Source: Dehalococcoidia bacterium
GTDB taxonomy: Bacteria > Chloroflexota > Dehalococcoidia > Lucifugimonadales > UBA3495
Assembly: GCA_965203435.1 (NCBI GenBank)
Contig: CBDBCU010000006.1
Coordinates: 38,028 to 102,027, forward strand
Length of the DNA: 64,000 nt
Direction of reading: 5' to 3'
Numbering within the stretch: position 1 is the stretch's first letter; every line of letters starts with the position of its first letter. The notes beneath the pieces were generated by a model that was given only the letters and a program-made list of their open reading frames with translations, ran no database searches and was not told where the DNA came from. Shown here one piece after another: positions 1 to 9,502 of this stretch. The position numbers were made by a program, and so were the translations under genes.

Positions 1-288
1 GGCGGCGGTGACGATGGCATCCCGGGCGTGGGAAACATAAAGAATGTCCGGCTGCGCCACATCGTGGTCGGAAAGAGCCACATCCAGAGGGGCAAACCAC
101 ACCCGGCCCCGGTCGCGGCTGCTGACGAACTGGTGCAGGGCAAAGGCCAGGGTCAGCACAACCCTTTGATGCTGATTGTTGGGAGCAGCGGCCAAAATCA
201 ACTCTCCGTCCAGCAACTGGTAGCGGGCGCCCTCCGGCGTTGCCATATAGTCGGCCACGGTCAACTTGGCCCGGGGTTTGGTAGTCAT
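1..288 (-). CDS. Uma2-family (DUF820) putative endonuclease, partial (runs off window start)
   Basis: Minus-strand ATG at 286-288. Translation MTTKPRAKLTVADYMATPEGARYQLLDGELILAAAPNNQHQRVV...DVAQPDILYVSH fits the Uma2/DUF820 N-terminal pattern. Absent from the ORF track because there is no stop inside the window. Confidence 0.7.
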   Translation of the reverse strand, partial: MTTKPRAKLTVADYMATPEGARYQLLDGELILAAAPNNQHQRVVLTLAFALHQFVSSRDRGRVWFAPLDVALSDHDVAQPDILYVSHARDAIVTAA

Positions 289-362
289 TGCGCTGCCCCC
301 CCTTTAAGGAATGGGATAGGATGGGATGGGGCTATTATACACCTTTATTCCCGGCTTGCCGC

Positions 363-1787
363 CTACCCCCGCCGCGCCGCCGCCCTTTGCTGTTCCGCCG
401 CCCTTTCCGTGGTCCGCCGGGCCGGCCGCCGCGGCCGCGGCAGGATGATATAGGTCAGGCAGGCCAAGCCCAGCAATCCCATCAGCGGAAACAAGGCCCA
501 GAAGTAACTGCCGGTGTGGTCGAAAATCAATCCCATCCACACCGCCGTCCACATCGACATCAGCTGGTCGGGCAAGTGCTGCCAGCCGCGCAGGGTGGCA
601 AAATTGCGGCGGCCGAAAAACTCGCCCATTATGGCCCAATTCAGGGAATTGGCGCTTTCCGACAAAGCCAGCAGCAGGGCAAAGGCCGCCAGCTGCCACA
701 AGTTGCCGTTGGCGTTCAGCAGAAAGGTCAGGGATACGGCCCCGGCGGCCATGCAGACCGCGCACAGCAGCTGGCGGGAAAAGCGGTCGCCCAGCCAGCC
801 CACCAACGGATTGAACAGGATGACGCCGCCGGCTACCAGTCCCACGAACAGAGCGGCAATCTGCAAACTTTCCGTTTGCTCCCGCCCGCCGGCTTGCAGA
901 AACCAGACCATCAGCGGCGCCAATAGAAAAGACAGCCCGGAGTGGGCCGTATTCCGCAATCCGGAGGCCAGCACTACCATCCAGTAAGAGGGGGTGTGCA
1001 TGGCCTCCCGGACGGTGAAGTCGGTTTCCCCGCCGCCACGGGCCGGCCGCCGCGGCCGGGAAACCGCCGCCGGCTCCCTTTCCACCGCTGGGTCATCGCC
1101 ATCGGGCAGCAATCCCATACTTTCCGGCGACCGCCGCACCAGCAGCGACAAGGGGACAATCAGCACGATGATGACGATGCCGGAAATCAGCACCGCGTTG
1201 CGCCAGCCGAAAGTCAGCACCATCAGCCCGGTTAGGGGGGCAATCGTTCCCCCCAGGCCATGCCCCATCGACACGATGGACATCGCCAGGCCGCGCCGCC
1301 GCCGAAACCAGTTGTTCACCGCCGCTATGGAGGCGTTGTTGTAGCCGGAACGGAAACCGACCGACATCAGCCCGACGAATACCAGCAGGAAAAAGAAGTA
1401 GTTGCCGGTTTGGGACAGCAGGATGAAACCCAGGCCGGACAGGATGCCACCGACCGCCAGCATAACCCCCGGGCCATAGCGGTCGGTCAGATAGCCGACT
1501 ACCGGCCCCTGGAGGCCGCCCATCAGCCGGCCCAGGGTATCGGCCCAGCCGATGGCGGCGGCGCTCAGCCCCAAGTCGTTCTGAATGGGGATGATATAGA
1601 CGGTAAAACCCCGGTTGAAACTGCCCTGCTTAATGCCGTCGGCAATCAAGCTGACCAGCACAATCCACCACCCGTAGAAAATCCGGGGCGGACGCCGCAA
1701 AAAATCCTGCCAAGCCGCTAATTTCAGCACAAAGGGCAGTATAGCAGGTTTCGGCGGCAAGGGGGTATGCCTGCCCCATCCGCTCAT
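363..1787 (-). CDS. MFS transporter (oxalate/formate antiporter-like)
   Basis: 474-aa ORF, hydrophobic throughout with multiple TM-like segments and an MFS-type N-terminus (FYGWWIVLVSLIADG...GYLTDRYGPG). The 5' end overlaps a family-B repeat, so the true start may be an internal GTG/TTG. Confidence 0.85.
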   Translation of the reverse strand: MSGWGRHTPLPPKPAILPFVLKLAAWQDFLRRPPRIFYGWWIVLVSLIADGIKQGSFNRGFTVYIIPIQNDLGLSAAAIGWADTLGRLMGGLQGPVVGYLTDRYGPGVMLAVGGILSGLGFILLSQTGNYFFFLLVFVGLMSVGFRSGYNNASIAAVNNWFRRRRGLAMSIVSMGHGLGGTIAPLTGLMVLTFGWRNAVLISGIVIIVLIVPLSLLVRRSPESMGLLPDGDDPAVEREPAAVSRPRRPARGGGETDFTVREAMHTPSYWMVVLASGLRNTAHSGLSFLLAPLMVWFLQAGGREQTESLQIAALFVGLVAGGVILFNPLVGWLGDRFSRQLLCAVCMAAGAVSLTFLLNANGNLWQLAAFALLLALSESANSLNWAIMGEFFGRRNFATLRGWQHLPDQLMSMWTAVWMGLIFDHTGSYFWALFPLMGLLGLACLTYIILPRPRRPARRTTERAAEQQRAAARRG

Positions 1788-1808
1788 CCTGAACTTGTTG
1801 AAGGATGG
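1780..1808. repeat. Family-B hairpin repeat (core ccgctcatcctgaacttgttgaaggatgg)
   Basis: Exact core copy. Translates to the spurious AHPELVEGW / ILQQVQDER peptides seen in several ORF-track entries. Confidence 0.85.
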
Positions 1809-1835
1809 GATGGACGGTTTTATACGCCCTTGCCC

Positions 1836-2276
1836 CTAGCCCAAATGCACAATTTCCACGCCGCCCCACTGGTGCGCCAGGTATTCGGCGGCCAGGCGGC
1901 GGTGGCAATGGTCGGGCTTATCCTCGCTGCACAGCAGGACGGCGTCGGCCAGCAATTCTTGCAACCCGGGTTCGGCCGCCACTTCCCGGGCCGCCAGCAA
2001 AGCCAAATACTGCCCGGCGTAGGCCGCCCAATCCTTATGCCCCTTGCGATAAGCGTCCAGCATCTCCCGGGTGGGGGCCAATTGCGGTAGGTGGACATAT
2101 TCCATCCCGCAAATCCGCTCCAGAAAATAGGCCAGATCCTCCCGCTTGGCAAAGCCGGCCAACTGGGAAACATTATTCAGCCGTACATCCACCAGCCGCC
2201 GCGCCCCGGACTGTTGCAGCAGGCCAAAGAACTGCGCCGCCGACTTTTTGGTAAACCCGATGGTGTAGAGTTTCAT
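1836..2276 (-). CDS. DUF488 family protein
   Basis: ATG at 2274-2276 (MKLYTIGFTKKSAAQFF...LLCSEDKPDHCHRRLAAEYL). The upstream 99 codons of the track ORF overlap the next gene and are rejected. Confidence 0.85.
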   Translation of the reverse strand: MKLYTIGFTKKSAAQFFGLLQQSGARRLVDVRLNNVSQLAGFAKREDLAYFLERICGMEYVHLPQLAPTREMLDAYRKGHKDWAAYAGQYLALLAAREVAAEPGLQELLADAVLLCSEDKPDHCHRRLAAEYLAHQWGGVEIVHLG

Positions 2277-2293
2277 ACCATCCTGCAACCAGT

Positions 2294-2923
2294 TCAGGAT
2301 GAGCGGAGGGCGGGGGCATCCTCCGGCCGCTCTACTGTATAGGCCACGCGCTGCGCCTGCCGGGTCAAGGCGTCGGCAACTATTTCCTCCCGGGAGCGGA
2401 ACAGATCGCCGTTGGGCGGCAGCTGGAAAAGCGCAAGCAGTCGATCCATTGCGGCCGCGTGGCTTTCCAGTTCGCCGTTGGCGTGGATATGCTTTACCGC
2501 CAAGCCGCGCGCGGTCAAGGCGCGGGCCACCAGCAGAGTGCGATGACACTCCAACGGCTCCTTTTCGGTACACAGCAGGGCCAAGCGGCGGTCGTCGGCA
2601 TTGCGGATAATGCGCCGCAGCCCCTCCGCAAAGAAATCGGCAGCCGCCACCCGGTCATAGCAGACCCGGCCGGCGTCATCATAGCACGACCGATCGGCCG
2701 GCCGGCCGCCCAATTCACCGCCCATGAAAAGGTAGGCAATGCCCGCCTTTTCCAAGGCGTCTTTCAGGACATCGTGGTTGAAATGGGGCGCATAACGGCT
2801 GTAGGGCGCAGAACGCACATCGGCCACCGCCGCCACGCTCTGCTCTTGCAGCAAAGCGCGGAAAGCATCCGGCGAATGGTTGGAATGTCCGATAGTAAAT
2901 ACCGGGTATTGGGTGGCGGCCAC
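2294..2923 (-). CDS. DUF488 family protein (tandem paralogue)
   Basis: GTG start. VFTIGHSNHSPDAFRALL...LLCTEKEPLECHRTLL has the same family signature as the downstream gene. Confidence 0.85.
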   Translation of the reverse strand: MAATQYPVFTIGHSNHSPDAFRALLQEQSVAAVADVRSAPYSRYAPHFNHDVLKDALEKAGIAYLFMGGELGGRPADRSCYDDAGRVCYDRVAAADFFAEGLRRIIRNADDRRLALLCTEKEPLECHRTLLVARALTARGLAVKHIHANGELESHAAAMDRLLALFQLPPNGDLFRSREEIVADALTRQAQRVAYTVERPEDAPALRSS

Positions 2924-3426
2924 GGTGCAAGTTCCCCCGTTAAGGCTGAATAATGGCGGCGATTAACTTATAGGCATAGCCTTGAAAAGGCTCGCCCAGG
3001 CTGATGGTCAGGAAAGCGTCTCCGATCGGGTAATCGCCATCAGGTTGTTGCCGGTACCGCCGTTCCCAGACCGAGTCAGTAACCCGCAGCCAATAATCCG
3101 CGCCATTATACTGAAAACGCCCCTGCGCCCTTCGCCGGTAGTTGCCGAAATCAAGGCAATTGTATTATAAATGAATCCCATATCTGACTGAGTGCCAGAT
3201 CTTTTCCCCTTGACCAGGAAAAATCTGGATTCAAACCACAGTGTAGATAGGGATATAATGCCCCGAATTAAAACGGGATTGCCCTGAAATTGCTCATTCC
3301 CGGCGCCCTTTTTGCGTCAATTTACTGTTATAATGGCGGGACAACCTAAAGTTGCCTTGACCGGATTGAGCGGCCGAATAGCCGCCCCATCCCCATCCCT
3401 GGCATAACAACAGGAGGTAAGCCCCA

Positions 3427-3789
3427 ATGCCCGCTAAAGGTCGTCGGATTGCCTCGCGGCAAGCCCAGCTGGGCCGCCGCCGGCGGCAGCAAAGCCGTAA
3501 AACCGAGGAAAGCCTCGCCGTCAGCGTAGCCGCCCCGGTCGATATTCCGGCGGAAACCGCCGCGCCGGCCAACGCCGCCGCCGCTACTCCGGCCGCCGCG
3601 GAAACCGCCCGGGCGTCGACCGCCGGCTCCGCGGCTACTCCGGCCCGCGCCCCCCGCCGGCCCGCCGCCGGCCAAACCCGCACCGACCGCTCGGCCGCCT
3701 ATACCCACCTCGGCTCCGAAATGCGCCGCATCCTGATCCTGGCCGGCATCCTGCTGGCGGTGCTGATTGGCTTGTCCTTTGTAATCTAA
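3427..3789 (+). CDS. Hypothetical small protein, basic/Ala-rich with C-terminal TM anchor
   Basis: AGGAGG 7 nt upstream of the ATG. C-terminal RRILILAGILLAVLIGLSFVI. Sits directly upstream of uvrC. Confidence 0.6.
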   Translation: MPAKGRRIASRQAQLGRRRRQQSRKTEESLAVSVAAPVDIPAETAAPANAAAATPAAAETARASTAGSAATPARAPRRPAAGQTRTDRSAAYTHLGSEMRRILILAGILLAVLIGLSFVI

Positions 3790-3868
3790 CCCGTAACCGG
3801 CCTTGCCGGGCCCGGGAATTGCAATTCCCCCGGCCCCGGGCCCGGCCGGCCCTTATCGGCAGGAAACT

Positions 3869-5776
3869 ATGTCCCCCGCCGCCTTATTCGAACACCGCCT
3901 CCGGGTCGTCCCGGAAAAGCCGGGCGTCTATATTATGAAAGACGCCCAAAATACCGTGCTGTATGTGGGCAAGGCCAACATCCTCCGCAATCGCCTGCGC
4001 TCCTACTTCGGCGCGGCCAACGGGATGCCGCCCAAAATCCGCCGGATGGTGTCCCAACTGGCCGATTTCGAGTTCATCGTCACCGACACCGAGGCGGAGG
4101 CTCTGATTCTGGAAAACACCTTGATTAAGCGGTATAAGCCGCATTTCAACGCCCGCCTCAAGGATGACAAGACCTATCCCTACCTGAAAATCGACCTGAC
4201 CGAGGACTTTCCCCGGGTCTATATCACCCGGCAGGTCGCCCAGGACGGCGCCCGCTACTTCGGCCCCTTTGCCACGGCCAGCAGCGTCCGCCGCACTATG
4301 GACTTGGTAAAAAAACTCTTTCCCTACCGTTCCTGCACCAAGACCATCACCGGCAAAGACCCCCGCCCCTGCCTGGAATACTACATCCACCGCTGCGTAG
4401 CCCCCTGCTCCGGCCTGGCCGATAAAGAGGATTATGCCCAGGTCATCCGCCAGGTTATCCTGTTTATGGAGGGCAACACCGAGGCGGTAACTAGGGATTT
4501 GCGCCGCAAAATGACCGCCGCCGCCGAGGAAATGCAGTTCGAGCGCGCCGCCGCCCTGCGCGATCAAATTCGCGGCATTGACCAGGTCGTCGCGGAACAG
4601 CAGGCCAAGGTGGAATCCAATCCCGGCGGCGATACCGACATCATCGCTATGGCCCAGGGGACTAACGAAACCTGGGTAGAAGTATTTTTCATCCGCCGCG
4701 GCAAGCTGATTGGCCGCGACCATTTCTTTATGGAAGGCACCCAAGACGAAAGCCCGGAACGGGTGTTGAGCCACTTTATCCGCCAGTTCTACCAATCGGC
4801 CCTGGTCATCCCCCCCACCATCCTGCTGCAATACGCCCCGGAGGATCGGGAACTGATTCGCGGCTGGCTCAAGGAACGCCGCGGTGGGGCCGTCCAGCTG
4901 ATTTGCCCCCAGCGCGGCCAGCGCAAAAAGCTGCTGGAGGTAGTGGCGGAAAATGCCGTGCAGGGCTTGGCCCAGCACCGGGTCAAGTGGCTCAGCAATT
5001 CCAATGTCATTCAGCAGGCGATGGCTGAACTGCAAGAGGAACTGAGTTTGCCGGCGATTCCGTTGCGGATGGAATGTTACGACATTTCCCATGTGCAGGG
5101 GACGAACCTGGTGGGCAGTATGGTGGTCTTTCAGGATGGCCGCCCCAAGCCGGCCCACTACCGCCGCTTTCAGATAAAGTCCGTGGCCGGCGTGGACGAT
5201 TACGCCAGTATGCAGGAAATGTTGCGCCGCCGTTTCAAGCGCCTGGCCGACGCTAGGGCTGAGGAAATGGCCGGCCCGCCTACTGAGGAGGATGATACGG
5301 CCGCGGCTGATGGCGGCAAGGGCGGCGGCGGTTCCGGCGCGGCTTGGGGCATTGCCCCCGACTTGGTAATCATCGATGGCGGCAAGGGGCATCTGTCGGC
5401 CGCCCTGGAAGTATTGCTGGAGTTGGGCCTGGATGATTTGCCTTTGGCGGCCTTGGCCAAGGAAAACGAATGGCTTTTTGTGCCGCACACTTCCGAACCC
5501 ATTGCCCTGCCGCGCCAATCCCAGGGCTTGTACCTGGTGCAGCGCATCCGGGACGAGGCCCATCGCTTTGCCGTCACCTACCATCGCCACCTGCGGAGCA
5601 AAAGCAGCCTGCGCTCCTCCATTGACCTGGTCACCGGCATTGGCCCCAAGCGCAAGCGGATGCTGCTGCGGAAATTCGGCTCCATTCAGGCCATTAAAGA
5701 CGCCCCGGTGGACGAAATCGCCGCCGTTCCCGGCCTGACCCGCTCCCTGGCCCTGCGCCTGAAACAAACCTTGTAA
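3869..5776 (+). CDS. uvrC: Excinuclease ABC subunit C
   Basis: GIY-YIG N-terminus (PGVYIMKDAQNTVLYVGKANILRNRLRSY), UVR domain (FERAAALRDQI), RNaseH-like endonuclease region and C-terminal HhH. ATG at 3869 chosen over the TTG at 3803. Confidence 0.95.
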   Translation: MSPAALFEHRLRVVPEKPGVYIMKDAQNTVLYVGKANILRNRLRSYFGAANGMPPKIRRMVSQLADFEFIVTDTEAEALILENTLIKRYKPHFNARLKDDKTYPYLKIDLTEDFPRVYITRQVAQDGARYFGPFATASSVRRTMDLVKKLFPYRSCTKTITGKDPRPCLEYYIHRCVAPCSGLADKEDYAQVIRQVILFMEGNTEAVTRDLRRKMTAAAEEMQFERAAALRDQIRGIDQVVAEQQAKVESNPGGDTDIIAMAQGTNETWVEVFFIRRGKLIGRDHFFMEGTQDESPERVLSHFIRQFYQSALVIPPTILLQYAPEDRELIRGWLKERRGGAVQLICPQRGQRKKLLEVVAENAVQGLAQHRVKWLSNSNVIQQAMAELQEELSLPAIPLRMECYDISHVQGTNLVGSMVVFQDGRPKPAHYRRFQIKSVAGVDDYASMQEMLRRRFKRLADARAEEMAGPPTEEDDTAAADGGKGGGGSGAAWGIAPDLVIIDGGKGHLSAALEVLLELGLDDLPLAALAKENEWLFVPHTSEPIALPRQSQGLYLVQRIRDEAHRFAVTYHRHLRSKSSLRSSIDLVTGIGPKRKRMLLRKFGSIQAIKDAPVDEIAAVPGLTRSLALRLKQTL

Positions 5777-5800
5777 GGCATTTTGTGCCAGCGCGTCTCG

Positions 5801-5944
5801 AACCGTCATTCCCGCGCAAGTGCCATCCTTACCGCCGCCCCCCTACCGTCATTCCCGCGTAAGCGGGAATCCCGAAATGCCTAATGGGTGGTACGCCGGT
5901 ATTTGGCAACGCCGTTCGGGATTCCCGCTTACGCGGGAATGACG
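5801..5944. repeat. Family-A nested-palindrome element (MITE/REP-like), one half copy plus one full copy
   Basis: Left arm ccctaccgtcattcccgcgtaagcgggaatcccgaa. Right arm ttcgggattcccgcttacgcgggaatgacg, its reverse complement. About 45-nt spacer. Confidence 0.85.
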
Positions 5945-6039
5945 ATTTGCGCGGGCATCATCCCTAACTTGCCAACCCCCGGCCGATTGGGTAACATATT
6001 ACCGTCTCAAAAATTCCCGGCAATGCGGTGGGCAGCCCG

Positions 6040-6846
6040 ATGCTGAAAATCTCCATTACCTTGCCCAACAACGCCCAGATAAATCTGGAAACGGCGGATG
6101 CGGCGGTCATCGACAAGATTCTCGATGCGGCCCTGCCGGTTATCACCCGCAACTTGACCGGCGCAACAGCGGCGGTCAATGGCGGCCCGGCATCCGCTAC
6201 GCCCACTGAGCAAAAGCCGCCGGCCGCCGTACCACCCCCGGCCGCTGTACCGCAACCGCCGCCGCCATCCCCGGCTCCGGTACAGAATTGGGAAACCGCC
6301 GCTCCGGAAGTGCCGGAAAAGGAAACCATCCCATCACCCTGGCCGGCCGCAACCGCCGCCGCCGTTCCGGCTCCCGCCGCCTTTGCCAAGGCGCCGGAAA
6401 CGGACCTTGACCCGGAGGAGGAGGAGTGGCCCGCCTTTGACGATGGGGATGAGGACGATGAGGATGACGCCGTCGTCGCAGCGGAAAAGGCCGCCCTTTC
6501 CCGCTTGGCGGTCAATGGCGCGGCGACCGCCCGGCCGGGAATGTTCGGGCCGTCGGGATCGGAACAGGCTTTCATTGACTTCTGCCGGGAAGCCAGCCCC
6601 CTGGGCGATATGCGCCGGGTAGTAGTAGCCGCCGAGGCCGCCAGCCGCTACCTGGGGATGAGCGGCGTCGATGCCCAGGGCTTGGGCCATCTCTTTAACC
6701 TGGCCGGCTGGCCGCAGGCCCACAGCTTTACCCAGACCCTCCGCAACGCCGCCCGCAGCAAATTCCGCTGGCTGGAGCGGGTGCCGGGCCGGGCCGGCTA
6801 CTACGCCGTCACCGACCTGGGCCGCAAAACGGCTTTGGGGGAGTAG
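6040..6846 (+). CDS. Hypothetical protein (Pro/Ala-rich and acidic central region, conserved-looking C-terminal domain)
   Basis: Long ORF with coding-like composition. ATG at 6040 preferred over the GTG at 6028. No family recognised. Confidence 0.55.
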   Translation: MLKISITLPNNAQINLETADAAVIDKILDAALPVITRNLTGATAAVNGGPASATPTEQKPPAAVPPPAAVPQPPPPSPAPVQNWETAAPEVPEKETIPSPWPAATAAAVPAPAAFAKAPETDLDPEEEEWPAFDDGDEDDEDDAVVAAEKAALSRLAVNGAATARPGMFGPSGSEQAFIDFCREASPLGDMRRVVVAAEAASRYLGMSGVDAQGLGHLFNLAGWPQAHSFTQTLRNAARSKFRWLERVPGRAGYYAVTDLGRKTALGE

Positions 6847-6992
6847 CCGCAGTGTCAGTTTGATTAAGCCTTGCCCGGTTATTTCGATCCTTATGCTGAA
6901 AGGAAAACGCCAATTCCCCGGCATTGATTCTCTGTAACCTTGCGGCCCAATCCCCTATAATGGAATCATCCGCCAAGAAAGGAGGTTGTTCG

Positions 6993-7259
6993 ATGCCGGA
7001 AAAGGCAACGGCTGAGGAAATCGAAACCCGCGGCCATGCCCGCTACCTGGAATTGCGGGAGCAACTGGAAACCGACCACTTCGGCCAAATCATCGTCATT
7101 GACATCTACAGCGGCGACTACGAAGTAGCCCCCGACGATCTGACCGCTACCCTGCGGATGTTTGCGCGGCGGCCCGACGCCCTCACCTGGGGCGAGCGCA
7201 TTGGCGGCGGCGGGGTCTATGTGGTCAACGAAAGGATTTCCTTTGTCCTCGGAAATTAA
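6993..7259 (+). CDS. Hypothetical small protein, partner of the retropepsin-like protease
   Basis: GGAGG 6 nt upstream of the ATG at 6993. 88 aa. Its stop overlaps the next gene. Confidence 0.6.
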   Translation: MPEKATAEEIETRGHARYLELREQLETDHFGQIIVIDIYSGDYEVAPDDLTATLRMFARRPDALTWGERIGGGGVYVVNERISFVLGN

Positions 7260-7650
7260 GGGCCAAGTAGTCCTGCTGGGCCGCATCGAGCGATTCAACC
7301 TCTTGGAGCCGCGCATTGAACTGCTCGTTGCCGGCCCCGAGCTGCGCTTCCAACCGATGGAGTGCGTAGTGGATACCGGCTTTACCGGTTGGTTGACGCT
7401 GCCCGCTCAGTTAGTCCAGGATCTGGGGTTGAATTACTACGGCAGCCGCGACAGCACCATAGCTGACGGGCGTCAAATCCGCATTGAAACCTACCAAGCC
7501 TTTGCGCGGTGGAACGACCGGCCGGTTCCGATTCTGGTCCACCGGTCGGAAAACCCGCGCCCCTTGATAGGGGCGGCGATGCTCGAAAACTGCCGTCTGA
7601 TTGTTGATATGTGGCCGGGCGGCGGCGTAACCATAGTTCCCAATCCCTGA
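7243..7650 (+). CDS. Retropepsin-like (clan AA) aspartic protease
   Basis: VVDTGFTGWLTLP contains the D-T/S-G active-site motif and the size fits single-domain bacterial retropepsins. Start uncertain: TTG 7243, ATT 7255 or ATG 7219. Confidence 0.7.
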   Translation: MSSEIKGQVVLLGRIERFNLLEPRIELLVAGPELRFQPMECVVDTGFTGWLTLPAQLVQDLGLNYYGSRDSTIADGRQIRIETYQAFARWNDRPVPILVHRSENPRPLIGAAMLENCRLIVDMWPGGGVTIVPNP

Positions 7651-7759
7651 ACCCCCCGCCCTCCCTCAAACCCGCCCTTTCCCTCCCTCAATCCCCCATC
7701 CCTCCCGCAAATGTGCTAATATATTCCCCAACCGCCCAACGGAAAGGAGAAGTTTCGTT

Positions 7760-9172
7760 ATGCAAATGTATATCAACGGCCAGTGGGTTGACCGGGCCGC
7801 GACTATGCCCGTCTATAATCCCTTTGACGGTTCCGTCATCGACACCGTCCCCCGGGGCAGCGCCGCCGATGTGGACGCCGCCATTGCCAGCGCGGCCCGC
7901 GGGGCCGCCGTAATGGCGAAACTGCCCGCCTTCGAGCGCTACGCCATCCTCCGCCGCGCCGCCGACCTTATGGCGGAACGGGTCGAGGACCTGGGCCGCA
8001 CCATCACTATGGAGGAGGGCAAGGTTATCGCCGAGGGCCGCGGCGAAGTCCTGCGCGCCATTCAGACCATCACCCTCTCCGCTGAGGAAGCCAAGCGCCT
8101 GCACGGGGAAACGGTGCCGCTGGACGCCGCCCCCGGCAATACCACCCAATTCGGCTTTACCATCCGCGTGCCGGTGGGCGTCGTGGCCGCCATTGCCCCC
8201 TTTAACTTTCCCCTCAACCTGGTCTGCCACAAAGTCGGCCCGGCCCTGGCCGCCGGCAACGCCGTCGTCCTCAAGCCGGCCGGCGATACCCCTTTGTCTG
8301 GCCTCAAGCTGACCGAAATCCTGCTCGAAGCCGGCCTGCCCCCGGAAGCTATCCAATGCGTTACCGGCTCCGGAGCGGAAATCGGCGATGCCATCACCAG
8401 CGACCCCCGCGTCCGCAAAATCACCTTTACCGGCAGCATGGAAGTGGGCGACCGCATCTGCCGCACCGCCGGCATTAAAAAGGTTACGATGGAACTGGGT
8501 TCCAACAGCCCCCTGATTGTGATGGCCGACGCCGACATTGAAAAGGTCGCCGCCGCTACCGTGGCCAGCGGCTTTGCCAATGCCGGCCAGGTCTGCATCT
8601 CTACCCAGCGGGTGCTGGCCGACCGCCGCATCTACGCCGATTTCCTTGACGCCCTCAAAGCCCCGGCCGAAGCCTTTGCCACCGGCGATCCCCTCGACGA
8701 ATCCATCAAAATGGGGCCGATGATTCGGGAATCCGACGCTTCCCGGGTGCGGCAGTGGATTGACGAGGCGGTAGGCCAAGGCGCGCGGGTCGTGGCCGGC
8801 GGCGACCAGGAGGGTACCATCCACGCCCCCACCGTGGTGGCGGATGTCCGGCCTGAGATGCGCCTTTCCCGGGAGGAACTGTTCGGCCCGGCCGTGGGCG
8901 TCAGCGCGTTCAGCGACATTGACGAAGCCATCGCTATGGCTAACGATACCCGGTTCGGCCTGGCCGCCGGCATCTTTACCCAGAATGTGGATTGGGCCAT
9001 GCGCTTTGCCCAGGAAGTTCATTCCGGCAATCTGCACATCAATTCCCATCCCCAGTGGCGCGCCGACCTGATGCCCTACGGCGGCCTCAAAGACAGCGGG
9101 ATGGGCAAGGAAGGCCCCGGCTACGCCATCGCCGAAATGACCGAGCTGAAAATGGTGGTTTTCCACCTGTAA
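7760..9172 (+). CDS. NAD(P)-dependent aldehyde dehydrogenase family protein
   Basis: 470 aa. Catalytic-Glu motif VTMELGSNSP, Cys region FANAGQVCIS, EELFGPA. AAAGGAG upstream. Confidence 0.95.
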   Translation: MQMYINGQWVDRAATMPVYNPFDGSVIDTVPRGSAADVDAAIASAARGAAVMAKLPAFERYAILRRAADLMAERVEDLGRTITMEEGKVIAEGRGEVLRAIQTITLSAEEAKRLHGETVPLDAAPGNTTQFGFTIRVPVGVVAAIAPFNFPLNLVCHKVGPALAAGNAVVLKPAGDTPLSGLKLTEILLEAGLPPEAIQCVTGSGAEIGDAITSDPRVRKITFTGSMEVGDRICRTAGIKKVTMELGSNSPLIVMADADIEKVAAATVASGFANAGQVCISTQRVLADRRIYADFLDALKAPAEAFATGDPLDESIKMGPMIRESDASRVRQWIDEAVGQGARVVAGGDQEGTIHAPTVVADVRPEMRLSREELFGPAVGVSAFSDIDEAIAMANDTRFGLAAGIFTQNVDWAMRFAQEVHSGNLHINSHPQWRADLMPYGGLKDSGMGKEGPGYAIAEMTELKMVVFHL

Positions 9173-9210
9173 CCGATCCAAGGCTGGCAATATCCGGTTG
9201 TCGCTGCCTA

Positions 9211-9409
9211 TCCGTCCATCCTGAACCTGTTAAAGGGTTGCCCGGAACAGGTTGTCGGAGGGCTGATTTATTCCGCTCATCCTGAACTTGTTGAAGGATG
9301 GCCCGGAACTGGTTGCCCGGACATCCTGACCGCTCATCCTGAACGGGTGGCCGGAGGGCTGATTTATTCCGCTCATCCTGAACTTGTTGAAGGATAAGCG
9401 GAATAAATC
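9211..9409. repeat. Cluster of family-B hairpin repeats (about 4 copies)
   Basis: ggagggctgatttattccgctcatcctgaacttgttgaaggat occurs twice. The last copy is closed by the complementary aagcggaataaatcggcc. Confidence 0.85.
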
Positions 9410-9502
9410 GGCCGGCCGGGAAAGCGGCCGACCCTGTCTTGCCGTAGTATAATGGCAAGAAATCCTGCCGGGTAAGAGACGACTCCTTTGCGAAAAGCTG
9501 CA

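Noticed and set aside
2940-3155. About 70-codon open frame on the minus strand with protein-like composition (...GADYWLRVTDSVWERRYRQQPDGDYPIGDAFLTISLGEPFQGYAYKLIAAIIQP-stop).
   Set aside because: There is no ATG/GTG/TTG anywhere in the frame after the upstream stop, and I recognise no family. It is possibly the remnant of a decayed gene, and it is not reportable as a CDS without a homology search (tblastn/blastp of this peptide would decide).
3204-3237. Imperfect hairpin (ccagatcttttcc ... ggaaaaatctgg) in the AT-rich 3171-3426 spacer as a small RNA or terminator.
   Set aside because: It has a single bulged stem, no U tract on either strand, and no conserved motif I recognise. The region is better explained as the promoter region for 3427/uvrC, with tgttataat at 3326-3334.
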